From: Granulicella sp.
GTDB taxonomy: Bacteria; Acidobacteriota; Terriglobia; Terriglobales; Acidobacteriaceae
Assembly (NCBI GenBank): GCA_027452215.1
Contig: DAIDGQ010000023.1
Span: 780 to 64,779 of the forward strand
Direction of reading: 5' to 3'
DNA: 64,000 nucleotides
In this document: positions 29,915-39,483 of the stretch, piece after piece
Layout of the letters: the number at the start of each line of letters is the position of its first letter
How positions within the stretch are numbered: the stretch's first letter is position 1
The notes under the pieces: model-generated
The model's input: the letters and a program-made list of their open reading frames with translations, nothing else
What the model was told of the DNA's origin: nothing
The model's database searches: none
Position numbers and translations under genes: made by a program

Positions 29915-30353
29915 GGCGGATAAGCCCGAGGGAGCGAGAGAGCCAGAGGCTGATGAAGGCGGCGATGAGAAAACCAACTCCAATGCCGAGAGCTCCTGTG
30001 CCGAAGATGAGAAGTTCGGCGCGGTCCGAGACCTTGAGGTGGTGAAGATACATGAGGGCGAGGCCGAAGGTGGAGAGGACGACGCCGGCTTGTATTCCGT
30101 TCAGGATACGCCGGTGAGGGGAGGTGGGTTCCGGGGTTTCGAGGGTGAGGGACTCGAGGAAGAGGCGGCCGGAGTTGTTGGCGGCGAGGGTGAGGAGAGC
30201 TTCGGTGGAGTCGATGTGCGCGAAGATTTGTTTCTGCACGGCGGCCTGGGCGCGGGTGGTGAGATAACGGCGCAGGGTGCCGAAGACGACCCAGAAGATC
30301 CAGCTGATAGTTAAGGCTACGACGACGTCGTCTAATACTCGACTGGTGTCCAT
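29898..30353 (-). CDS. Three-TM hypothetical membrane protein in the ECF operon
   Basis: Three hydrophobic segments; 3' end overlaps the sigma start. Confidence 0.7.
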   Translation of the reverse strand: MDTSRVLDDVVVALTISWIFWVVFGTLRRYLTTRAQAAVQKQIFAHIDSTEALLTLAANNSGRLFLESLTLETPEPTSPHRRILNGIQAGVVLSTFGLALMYLHHLKVSDRAELLIFGTGALGIGVGFLIAAFISLWLSRSLGLIRHDPRG

Positions 30354-30505
30354 GGAGAATTCCCGCTTTCGGAGTGCCTAATTTGTTCACTGTGTAGAAC
30401 GTGGCGGAGGGTGGGGTGGTTAACAGTGTGGAGGAATGTTTTGGTGGGAGAGAGGGAATTGAGTAGGATGAGCGTACCTGTGGAGGCTATGCGTTGCGGA
30501 AATCG

Positions 30506-31915
30506 ATGAAGGTGTACGGGCGGATCGTGGTGATGCGTTGGGTGATTGCTTTGGTGGCTCCGCTGACGATGGCTGGGCAGCAGGAGGCGTGGACGGTGAA
30601 GCCGGAGTGGGTGCGGGCGCATGAGGAGTTTTTGGCGAGTGACGTGATGCAGGGGCGGGGGAGTGCTACTCGCGATGAGCAGATTACGGCGACGTATGTG
30701 GCGAGTGAGTTTATGGCGTATGGGTTGAAGCCGGCACCGGGGATGTCGGGGTATGTCCAGAGCGCGGAGGTGGTGGCCCCGGTGCTGGATGGGCATGGAG
30801 TGTTGAGCGCGGGTACGGTGGAGATGAAGGAGGGGACGGAGTTTGAGGTGCTGATGTCACCGGGAGCGAGTGTGAGTGGGCCGCTGATGCGTGTGAAGGC
30901 TGAGGAGGTGAAGAAGGCTTCGGGCGCGAAGGGTGCGGTGATTGTGGTGACGGATATTCCGGCGGGAACGAGTGCGATGAGTCTGATGCGGGAGCTGCGG
31001 AGGTCGGGTGCGGCGATGGTGGTGCTGCCGGAGGATGAGTCGACGCGCGGGATGTTCACGATGTTTGGAGGGAAGACTCGGGTTCCGGTTCGGCTAAAGG
31101 ATGCGGCGGTGTCTCGGGGAAGTGTGACGATTGTGACGGCGGGTGTGGCCGCGATGAATAGGCTGGCTGGAGTGAAGGATGGAGAGACTGTGGCGCTGAC
31201 GCTGCACGAAGTTCCGCAGACGAAGGCTCGCGAGACGTTCAATGCGATTGGGTATCTGGAGGGGACGGAGCCTTCGAGTGGGACGATATTGCTGACGGCG
31301 CATCTGGATCATCTGGGCGTGGGGAGGCCGGTGAATGGCGACGCGATCTTCAATGGAGCGAATGATGACGCGGCAGGAACGACGGCGGTGCTGGAACTGG
31401 CGCATGCGCTGGGAGCAGGGCCGAGGCTGAAGCGGAATGTGCTGTTCGTCTGCTACGGGAGTGAAGAGGCGGGCGAGTTGGGATCGACTTATTTTGGCGA
31501 GCATCCTCCAGTCCCGCTTAAAAGTTTGGTGGCGAATCTGGAGTTTGAGATGATCGGCGCGCAAGACCCGAAGATGCCGAAGGGCGTGCTGCTGTTGACG
31601 GGATGGGAGCGGAGCAACCTGGGGCCGACGTTGAAGGCGCATGGAGCGCTGCTGGGGCCTGATCCTTATCCTGAAGAACATTTCTTTGAGCGGTCGGATA
31701 ATTATGCTCTGGCGCTGGACGGCGTGGTGGCGCATACGGCGGCGGGATGGGGAACGGTGCCGACGTATCATCAGCCGGACGATGATCTCGCGCATCTGGA
31801 TCTGCCGTTTATGACGGCGGCGATTCAGAGCCTGGTAGGGCCGGTGGAGTGGCTGGCGGATAGTGACTTCAAGCCGGAGTGGAATCCGGGGGGACAGCCT
31901 AAAGGCAGGGATTAG
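30506..31915 (+). CDS. M28 family metallopeptidase with PA-like insert
   Basis: AHLDHLG, GANDDAAG, SEEAG, ERSDNY, YHQPDD. Confidence 0.93.
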   Translation: MKVYGRIVVMRWVIALVAPLTMAGQQEAWTVKPEWVRAHEEFLASDVMQGRGSATRDEQITATYVASEFMAYGLKPAPGMSGYVQSAEVVAPVLDGHGVLSAGTVEMKEGTEFEVLMSPGASVSGPLMRVKAEEVKKASGAKGAVIVVTDIPAGTSAMSLMRELRRSGAAMVVLPEDESTRGMFTMFGGKTRVPVRLKDAAVSRGSVTIVTAGVAAMNRLAGVKDGETVALTLHEVPQTKARETFNAIGYLEGTEPSSGTILLTAHLDHLGVGRPVNGDAIFNGANDDAAGTTAVLELAHALGAGPRLKRNVLFVCYGSEEAGELGSTYFGEHPPVPLKSLVANLEFEMIGAQDPKMPKGVLLLTGWERSNLGPTLKAHGALLGPDPYPEEHFFERSDNYALALDGVVAHTAAGWGTVPTYHQPDDDLAHLDLPFMTAAIQSLVGPVEWLADSDFKPEWNPGGQPKGRD

Positions 31916-31925
31916 GGATTAGGGA
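31907..31925 (+). repeat. AGGGATT heptamer repeat overlapping the M28 stop codon
   Basis: AGGGATTAGGGATTAGGGA. Confidence 0.7.
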
Positions 31926-31987
31926 CTAGATATTTGGGATGCGGTTGAGGCGGGGCAGATAGTTCATTTCGAGGACTGAGGGGCTTG

Positions 31988-33331
31988 ATGGCTGCTACGA
32001 CCGAGGCGGGGATGAATACGTTTTTGCAGTCGGGTCTGCGGAAGGCGCGATGGCGGTTGTTGCCGTTGCTGTCGATCTGCTACCTGGTGGCGTATATGGA
32101 CCGCGCCAACATCAGCTTTGCGGCTAAGACGATGAATCGCGATCTGCATTTTTCTCCGCAGACGTATGGGCTGGGTGCGGGGTTATTTTTTCTGAGTTAT
32201 GCGTTATTGGAAGTGCCGTCGAATCGGCTGATGCTGCGGTTTGGTGCGAGGCGATGGCTCTCGCGGATCATGCTGACGTGGGGACTGATCGCTGGAGCGA
32301 TGGTGCTGGTGAGGTCGGTGCATGAGTTTTATGGTGCCCGGTTGCTGCTGGGATGCGCGGAGGCGGGGTATTTCCCGGGGGCGTTGTATTTTCTATCGCA
32401 GTGGTTTCCACGCGCGACTCGGGGGAGGGCGATCAGCTGGTTTTATGTCTCGCTGCCGATGAGCACGATTGTGATGGGCAGCCTGGCGGGGGCGCTGCTG
32501 GGGCTGGACGGAAGGCTGGGTCTACGAGGCTGGCAATGGATGTTCCTGGTGGAGGCGGCTCCTGCCGTGGTGCTGTCTGCTGTGATCTGGTTTGGGTTGC
32601 CGGACAATGTGGCGAGCGCGGGATGGTTGAGCAGAGAGGAACGGCAGGCAATCGCCGACGAGTTGGAGCGAGATTGCATGGTCGACGGAGAGATGAGCGA
32701 AGGAAAGATTTGGGATGCCCTGCGGAACCGTCGAGTCTGGGTGCTGGGCGTGGTGTATTTCTTTGAGCTGGGGATGGTTTATGCGATGACGTTTTCGCTA
32801 CCGATTGTGCTGGGGCAGAGTACGGGATGGAATGCGGCGCAGGTGGGATATTTGATTGCATGGACTGGCATTGCGGGCGCGGCACTGATGGTGGGTGGAG
32901 CGTGGATGTCGGACCGAAGCTTGCGGCCGCAGAGATATGTAGTGAGTGGATTTGTGTTGATTGGAGTGGGCGCGCTGGCTGCAGGATTGCACCTGAACGG
33001 ATGGAGCGGCGCGGGGGCTATGCTGTTTATGATGCTGAGCTTCTACTCAATCCAAGGGCCGATGCTGCGGGTGATGACGGCGATTGTGCCGGGGAAGGGT
33101 GCGGCTCTTGCGATTGCGTGTGCCAACATGTGTGGCATGGCGGGAGGCTTTGTTGGGCCCTATTGGATGGGGTGGATGCGTGAGGTTACGGGGGGATACG
33201 CCTTCGGCATCGGTGCCCTGTGCGTGCCGATGCTGCTGGCTGCAGTTCTTATGGCGTGGTTGATGCGGGCGGAGTCGCGGATTGCGACTTTGGGTGGAGT
33301 GAGTGCTTGCGAAGAAGAAGCGTTGGGGTAG
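31988..33331 (+). CDS. MFS transporter, anion:cation symporter (tartrate/phthalate-like) family
   Basis: AYMDRANISFA, EVPSN, AEAGYFPG, GWQWMFLVE. Confidence 0.92.
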   Translation: MAATTEAGMNTFLQSGLRKARWRLLPLLSICYLVAYMDRANISFAAKTMNRDLHFSPQTYGLGAGLFFLSYALLEVPSNRLMLRFGARRWLSRIMLTWGLIAGAMVLVRSVHEFYGARLLLGCAEAGYFPGALYFLSQWFPRATRGRAISWFYVSLPMSTIVMGSLAGALLGLDGRLGLRGWQWMFLVEAAPAVVLSAVIWFGLPDNVASAGWLSREERQAIADELERDCMVDGEMSEGKIWDALRNRRVWVLGVVYFFELGMVYAMTFSLPIVLGQSTGWNAAQVGYLIAWTGIAGAALMVGGAWMSDRSLRPQRYVVSGFVLIGVGALAAGLHLNGWSGAGAMLFMMLSFYSIQGPMLRVMTAIVPGKGAALAIACANMCGMAGGFVGPYWMGWMREVTGGYAFGIGALCVPMLLAAVLMAWLMRAESRIATLGGVSACEEEALG

Positions 33332-33416
33332 ATTTTGAGTGGGATTGCGTCGTTTGATCTCTGCGGGAATATGATCTGGCTGATGCGCCGCATCAGCCAG
33401 ACCTGCAACGGGGGTG

Positions 33417-34304
33417 CTAGTTCGCCGGGTTCGCGTCTCTGAAGGGCTTGGCGCCGTGGAAGAGGTAATGGTTGATATCGGGCCAGAACTCTTTGACGAC
33501 GAAGGAGGCGGCATCGATACCGATGTCGAGGCCCCACTGGCTTCCGGTGTTACCGAGGGAGCGCTCGGCGGAGGGATAGTACAGATTGGAGATGCCGGCG
33601 GAGGCTCCGGCGCCGAGGACTTCGCTGATGTTGAAGACTTCTTTGCCGGAGTCGGAACGTGTGACGACGGCGCGACTGAGGGCATAGCTGCTGCGCTTGA
33701 AGAAGCCGCCGTGGCCGAGGGTGTAGTAGCGGTTGTCCTGGTGGGCGATGGAGGGGACGATGGCTTCGACGAAGAAGTTTTCGCTGGTCTGGTCTACGAC
33801 CGCGTGCCAGAGATAGCGGCCGTAGGCGACGCCTCCGCTGCCGAATTCGGGATCTGCGTTCTCGTGGAGGCTCCAGCCAGCAAGGGCTAGAGGAATGAAG
33901 ATGGAGGAGTAGTCGAATGAGTCTTCGCTGGCGGTGACGAACTTGTCCTTCACCGATTCCCGAGGGAGTTTGACGTTCGCGCTGACGGAACGGAAGTTGG
34001 GAAGGATGCCGAGAATGCGGGTGGTCTGCTTGTCGGAATGGTCATCTACCGAGGGCTGGGGTGCCGGGGGGGCGGCCTGAGTTTGGTCGACGCTCGAGGA
34101 ACTTGCAGAGACGAACGAGTCGGTACTCGGCCCTGTAACGGAGTTGGTCTGGCTGGTGGAGAATGAGATGTTCTGCGCCGTGGTGCTGGCAGAAGTCTGA
34201 GGGCTCTCGGAGGTGGGTTGCTGTGCTTGCAAGAGGCACGAAGAAAGCGAGAGTAGAGTTGCAAGAATTGGTGTAGCCAGATGATTCAGTGATGGTCGGT
34301 GCAT
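33417..34304 (-). CDS. Secreted or membrane hypothetical protein
   Basis: Signal peptide; RILGILPNF, HQD.RYY, KEFWPDI motifs typical of an acidobacterial hypothetical family as I recall it. Confidence 0.8.
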   Translation of the reverse strand: MHRPSLNHLATPILATLLSLSSCLLQAQQPTSESPQTSASTTAQNISFSTSQTNSVTGPSTDSFVSASSSSVDQTQAAPPAPQPSVDDHSDKQTTRILGILPNFRSVSANVKLPRESVKDKFVTASEDSFDYSSIFIPLALAGWSLHENADPEFGSGGVAYGRYLWHAVVDQTSENFFVEAIVPSIAHQDNRYYTLGHGGFFKRSSYALSRAVVTRSDSGKEVFNISEVLGAGASAGISNLYYPSAERSLGNTGSQWGLDIGIDAASFVVKEFWPDINHYLFHGAKPFRDANPAN

Positions 34305-34599
34305 TATTTCCCTTGGGCGATTGCTTCTTTGTAGCTTTTTGGTAGAGAAACGAAGGGCGCCGGGTTGAATTTTCGGTCTTGGTGTTGATGAAGCGTTGCA
34401 ATGACTGCTGTTGTTCCCTGATTAGATGTACGGAGGCGCGCGACGATTCTGGCGACGAACATTTTCCTTCGAATCGAAGACATTTGAGGTCCTGGGTGGA
34501 TGGGTGAGGTGCGGCGAGATTATGCTGGGTGATGTTGAGTTTGCGCTTGTGCGAGCTGTCTAAGTGGGCGGCTGAGTGTGAGATGCGAGAAGGAGTGTT

Positions 34600-35991
34600 A
34601 TGAGCGAAGTGGCGGTCGGGTTTGCGAAGGAAAACGGCGAGCGGTTTGTTGAAGAGCTGAAGGAGTTGTTGCGGATTCCTTCTGTGTCGACTGCACCTGA
34701 GCATGTAGGGGATGTGCGGGCGGCGGCGGAGTTCGTCAAGGTGGGTCTGGAGACGGCGGGGATGGAGAATGTGCGGCTGATTGAGACTTCGACTAAAACG
34801 CGCAAGGGTCATCCGCTGGTGTATGCGGAGTGGCTGCACGCTGCGGGAAAACCGACGGTGCTGCTGTATGGGCACTATGATGTGCAGCCGGCAGAGCCGC
34901 TGGATGAATGGAAGTCGCCTCCGTTTGAGCCGGAGATTCGCGACGGAAATATTTACGCTCGCGGCGCGGTGGATGACAAGGGGCAGATGTGGATGCATGT
35001 GAAGGCGCTGGAGTCGTTGCTGAAGACGGATGGCAAGCTGCCGGTGAATGTGCGTGTGATCGTTGAGGGCGAAGAAGAGGTCGGAGGTGAAGGGATTGCT
35101 GCGTTTGTGCGCGAGCATGGGGACCAGTTGAAGGCCGATGCTGCGCTGGTTTCGGATACGGAGATGTTTGCTCCGGAGCTGCCGACGCTGTGCGTGGGGC
35201 TGCGAGGAATGATTTATACGGAGCTGGAGGCGAAGGGGGCGGCTACGGATCTGCATTCGGGAATGTATGGAGGGGCGGCCCCGAATCCGTTTGTGGCGCT
35301 GGCGCAGATGATTGCGCAGTTGAAACGCGAGGATGGGCATATTGCGATTCCTGGGTTCTACGACGGGATTGAGGAGCCGACGAAGGCGGAGTTGGAGGCG
35401 TGGCGGTCGCTGCCGTTTGATGAGGAGGAGTATCGGAAACACGAGGTGGGTTCGACGGAGTTGACGGGCGAGACGATGTTCAGTGTGCTGGAGCGGACGT
35501 GGTCGCGGCCGACGATGGATGTGCATGGGATGCCAGGCGGATTTATTGGCGCGGGAGCGAAGACGGTGATCCCGGCGAAGGCTACGGCGAAGATCAGCTT
35601 CAGGCTGGTTCCGGGGATGAAGCCGGAGGAGACGTTTGCGAAGTATAAGAAATTTGTGGAGGAGATTTGCCCGAAGGGAATCCAGGTGAAGGTGACGATG
35701 ATTCATTCGGGCGAACCGATTGTGGTGAGCACGGACAATGAATATGTTCGCGCGGCAACGGACGCGATGGCGAAGGTGTTTGGGAAAGAGACGGTGTTTG
35801 TGCGCGGCGGCGGGTCGATTCCGATTGTAGGAGACTTCGTGCGTGAGTTGGGGACTCCCACGGTGATGATGGGGTTTGGGTTGCCGGATGACAATCTGCA
35901 TGCTCCGAATGAGAAGTTTCATCTGGCGAATTTTCATCGCGGGATTGAATCGATTGTGCGGTTTCTGGATGGGGTGGGAGCGGGGCGTTGA
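34600..35991 (+). CDS. M20 family dipeptidase
   Basis: YGHYDVQP, ARGAVDDKGQ, EGEEE, DLHSG, HAPNE; RBS AAGGAG. Confidence 0.95.
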   Translation: MSEVAVGFAKENGERFVEELKELLRIPSVSTAPEHVGDVRAAAEFVKVGLETAGMENVRLIETSTKTRKGHPLVYAEWLHAAGKPTVLLYGHYDVQPAEPLDEWKSPPFEPEIRDGNIYARGAVDDKGQMWMHVKALESLLKTDGKLPVNVRVIVEGEEEVGGEGIAAFVREHGDQLKADAALVSDTEMFAPELPTLCVGLRGMIYTELEAKGAATDLHSGMYGGAAPNPFVALAQMIAQLKREDGHIAIPGFYDGIEEPTKAELEAWRSLPFDEEEYRKHEVGSTELTGETMFSVLERTWSRPTMDVHGMPGGFIGAGAKTVIPAKATAKISFRLVPGMKPEETFAKYKKFVEEICPKGIQVKVTMIHSGEPIVVSTDNEYVRAATDAMAKVFGKETVFVRGGGSIPIVGDFVRELGTPTVMMGFGLPDDNLHAPNEKFHLANFHRGIESIVRFLDGVGAGR

Positions 35992-36704
35992 TGTGGCGGC
36001 GCGAGTCGAAGGACGTTCCCCCGCTGGGGGGATATGTGCTCGCTGGTGGGAGAAGTTCGCGGATGGGGCGAGATAAAGCGCTGCTCCCTCTGGCTGGAAA
36101 GCCGTTAGTGGAACGTGCGGCGAGGAAGCTCCAAAGGCTGTGCGCGAAGGTGCGCGTGCTGAGTGGGAATTCTGAGCTGGCGGTGTATGCGCCGCTGGTG
36201 CGGGATAACTTCGCGGACAGCGGGCCGCTGGGAGGGATTGAGGCGGCGCTGCTGGACTCGGAGCTTGCGTGGAATTTGATACTGCCGGTGGACATGCCGT
36301 TTGTTCCGACACGGCTTTTGGAAGATTGGATTTACTTGGTGTTGCGGGAGCCGATCGGGGACGTTCGGGTCTCAATGTTGTTGGTGGGGGCGCAGGCTTA
36401 TCCGACGTTGTTGCTGATTCACTGGGAGATGAGGCCGTATCTTCGTGCGGACCTGGAGATGGGGCGGTTTAAGGTGGTTGCTTCGCTGGAATCGGCGGCG
36501 ATGGCGATTGCCGCTGAACGAGGGGGTCAGCCAGAGCGGGTGTTTCGGCGGGTGCAGTGCGACGATTTGGTTTCGCAGAGCGAGCGAAATGGGGGTGCGA
36601 TTTGGAAAGATGCGACGGGGGGGTGCTTGGATTGGTTCGCTAATTTGAATACTCCGGAAGAGTTTGCCGCGGCTGAGAGGCATGGAGAGGCGCTGGACGC
36701 GTAA
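35991..36704 (+). CDS. mobA: Molybdenum cofactor guanylyltransferase
   Basis: VLAGGRSSRMGRDKA, GPLGGI, VDMPF, NLNTPEE. Confidence 0.9.
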   Translation: MWRRESKDVPPLGGYVLAGGRSSRMGRDKALLPLAGKPLVERAARKLQRLCAKVRVLSGNSELAVYAPLVRDNFADSGPLGGIEAALLDSELAWNLILPVDMPFVPTRLLEDWIYLVLREPIGDVRVSMLLVGAQAYPTLLLIHWEMRPYLRADLEMGRFKVVASLESAAMAIAAERGGQPERVFRRVQCDDLVSQSERNGGAIWKDATGGCLDWFANLNTPEEFAAAERHGEALDA

Positions 36705-36796
36705 GTGAAGGCTGGGGCTGGGGAGGGGTGTGGGTCTGGAAGACGGATTGGGGAGGAAAGCCTTCTCCGGCTTGGTGCATCATAAGAAGAACCGTT

Positions 36797-37768
36797 ATGA
36801 GCGATGCTGAAAAGATTCCTGAGCCGATGGCGGCTACCGATGAGGAGCAGATTGAGAAGCCCCTGATTGAGGATGTGTCGGCGGATGTGGCCCCGGTTGT
36901 GCAGGAATTTATTACTGAGGCGACGGCGGCGAATGAAGCAGAGGGCGTGGCTGCTTCGGAGGAGTCTGCGTTTCAGGCGGGTGCGGGATTTGCGGCTGCG
37001 GCGTTTGCGAGCGAGGAGGTGGCGCCGTATATCGCGTTTGAGAATGTGTGTAAGTCGTTTGGGGAGTTTGTGGTGCTGAAGGACGTGAGCTTCTTTGTGA
37101 AGCCGGGAGAGACGTTGTGCATTCTGGGAAGAAGCGGTGTGGGGAAGTCGGTTTCTCTGCAAATATTGATGGGGTTTCTGAAGCCGGATAGTGGGACGGT
37201 GCTGGTGGCAGGGCAGGACATTGCGGGGTTGAGTGAGCGCGAGATGCAGGAGGTGCGGCGCAAGGTCACGATGGTGTTTCAGAATGGAGCGTTGTTTGAT
37301 TCGATTTCGGTGGGAGAGAACGTAGCGTTTCCCCTGAGGGAGCGCGGGAATATGGAGGAAGACCAGATTCTGCAGGTGGTGAAGGGGTTGCTGGAGATGG
37401 TGGGAGTGGCGGGGATGGAGAATATGTTGCCGTCGGATTTATCGACGGGGATGAAGCGGTCGGTGGCGATTGCGCGGGCGTTGGCTGCGCAGCCCATGGC
37501 GGTGCTGTATGACGAGCCGACGACGATGGTAGATCCTCTGATGGGGCACCTATTGGGGGACTTGATCCAACGGTTGAAGATGCAGATGCATCTTACGAGC
37601 ATCGTCGTAACGCACGACACGAGATTCGCAGAGAAGCTGGCAGACCGGCTGGTGTTTCTGCATGAAGGGACCGTTCGCTTTTTTGGGACGGTCGATGAAA
37701 TGCGCGCATCAGACGATACAGTACTACGGGAGTTCTTCTCGATGGATGAATTGGTGCTGCCGGTCTAA
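36797..37768 (+). CDS. ABC transporter ATP-binding protein (MlaF/Mkl-like)
   Basis: GRSGVGKS, FQNGALFDS, LSTGMKR, LYDEPT, VTHD; acidic N-terminal extension. Confidence 0.92.
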   Translation: MSDAEKIPEPMAATDEEQIEKPLIEDVSADVAPVVQEFITEATAANEAEGVAASEESAFQAGAGFAAAAFASEEVAPYIAFENVCKSFGEFVVLKDVSFFVKPGETLCILGRSGVGKSVSLQILMGFLKPDSGTVLVAGQDIAGLSEREMQEVRRKVTMVFQNGALFDSISVGENVAFPLRERGNMEEDQILQVVKGLLEMVGVAGMENMLPSDLSTGMKRSVAIARALAAQPMAVLYDEPTTMVDPLMGHLLGDLIQRLKMQMHLTSIVVTHDTRFAEKLADRLVFLHEGTVRFFGTVDEMRASDDTVLREFFSMDELVLPV

Positions 37769-37917
37769 CAACTTAAGTACCCAAAGAAGATGACGGGTCG
37801 GTAGTAAGTTGAAGACATACAAGGTAACAAGAATTCCCTGGGACGGAATAAACTAGAGGTACACCACAACCCTGCCATGAAGATGGCGCGTACGAACAAT
37901 CGGGATGAACTGAGACT

Positions 37918-39423
37918 ATGGCGAGCCTTGATTATTTGAAGCAAGCGGAGATCTCAAGCCAGCGGCGGCATCACGCCAGGGTAGTTGGTCATGAGCGTCT
38001 GCTTTCTCGCCCATCTTTCATGATTTCGGTCTGGGCGGGACTGGACTTCCTAAGTGCTTTGGTGGCTGGGTTCATCGCGATTCGAATCCGTCTGGAGCCG
38101 GCTGCGGAGTTGACGAGCCATACGGTCCTGGGACATTTAGAGAAGGCTGCACCTCTGACCTCGATCATCTACCTGCTGGTTTTCAGCGTGTACCTGGTGT
38201 TGTTTACGAGGCTGTATGGGTTGTACAGGTCGCCGGAGGGACGCAGCGGGCTGAATGAGCAGCGACTCACCTTCCAGGCAACGTTGACGGCAGGACTGAT
38301 GCTGTGTGGGACGCTATATGTGATGAAGGAGTATGCGGTATCGCGGATCGTGGTGGCGTTGACGATTGTGATTACGATGGCTTTTTTGATGATCCGTCGC
38401 GCGGTCGAGCGGAAGATGATGCAGCGGCGGTTTTTGCAGGGGCGCGAGACCCGCAATGTGATGATCGTCGGGCATGGACGAGTGGCCCATGCTCTGCGTA
38501 ATCATCTGCAGGCGCTGCCGCATATGGGGTTCCGGTTTATGGGGTTTGTGTCGCTGGAGGCAGCGGCGGGGGATTCGGAGAATTCGGAGATTATCGGTAA
38601 CGTGCGGAACTGCGTTGCTCTGGCGAGGTCGCTGTTTGTCGATGAGATTTATTTTTCGACACCGGCGGATAAGGGGACGGTGATTGGGGTGGTGGATGAG
38701 GCTCGCGAGCACGGTATCGAGGTGCGCGTGGTGCCGGATCTATATGATGGCCTGGCGTGGAATGCTCCGGTGGAGTTTATTGGACAGTTCCCGACGATTC
38801 CTCTGCATCAACGCGATTTTCCCCGGGGCGCATTCCTGATCAAGAGGGTGCTGGATGTCATGCTATCGACGCTGGCGCTGGTGGTGACTGCGCCGCTGAT
38901 GCTGGTGATTGCGTTGATGATACGGATGGATTCGCCGGGGCCGATTTTTTATCGAGCGGCTCGGATTGGGCGTAAGGGCAGGACCTTTACGTGCTTGAAG
39001 TTTCGGACGATGGTGGCGAATGCGGATAAGTTGAAGGACAGCCTGGCGCACAAGAATGAGCGAGATGGGATCCTGTTCAAGATGACGAACGACCCACGGA
39101 TCACGCGGGTGGGGAGCAGGCTGCGGAAGTATTCTCTGGATGAGTTGCCACAGTTCTTCAATGTGCTGATGGGGGACATGAGCCTGGTGGGTCCTCGGCC
39201 ACCGCTGGCGTCGGAGGTGGAGAAGTACGATCTGGCCCATCTGAAGAGACTGGATGTGCTACCTGGGATTACGGGGTTGTGGCAGGTGGAGGCCAGGCAG
39301 GATCCTTCGTTTGACAGCTATATTTCGCTGGACACGGCTTACGTAGAGAACTGGAATATTCTGCTGGATCTGCGCATTCTGGCTCGTACGATCGGTGTGG
39401 TTCTGGGCGGAACGGGGTCTTAG
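37918..39423 (+). CDS. Polyprenyl-phosphate sugar transferase (WcaJ/WbaP-like priming glycosyltransferase)
   Basis: KR.LD, KFRTM, DPRIT.VG..LRK.SLDELPQF.NV..GDMSLVGPRP, PGITGLWQV. Confidence 0.95.
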   Translation: MASLDYLKQAEISSQRRHHARVVGHERLLSRPSFMISVWAGLDFLSALVAGFIAIRIRLEPAAELTSHTVLGHLEKAAPLTSIIYLLVFSVYLVLFTRLYGLYRSPEGRSGLNEQRLTFQATLTAGLMLCGTLYVMKEYAVSRIVVALTIVITMAFLMIRRAVERKMMQRRFLQGRETRNVMIVGHGRVAHALRNHLQALPHMGFRFMGFVSLEAAAGDSENSEIIGNVRNCVALARSLFVDEIYFSTPADKGTVIGVVDEAREHGIEVRVVPDLYDGLAWNAPVEFIGQFPTIPLHQRDFPRGAFLIKRVLDVMLSTLALVVTAPLMLVIALMIRMDSPGPIFYRAARIGRKGRTFTCLKFRTMVANADKLKDSLAHKNERDGILFKMTNDPRITRVGSRLRKYSLDELPQFFNVLMGDMSLVGPRPPLASEVEKYDLAHLKRLDVLPGITGLWQVEARQDPSFDSYISLDTAYVENWNILLDLRILARTIGVVLGGTGS

Positions 39424-39483
39424 GGCGGGGCTGTCGGTTGAGCGGCAGGGTGAGGAGCGGGTGGGGCGCGGTAGACTGTAAGA

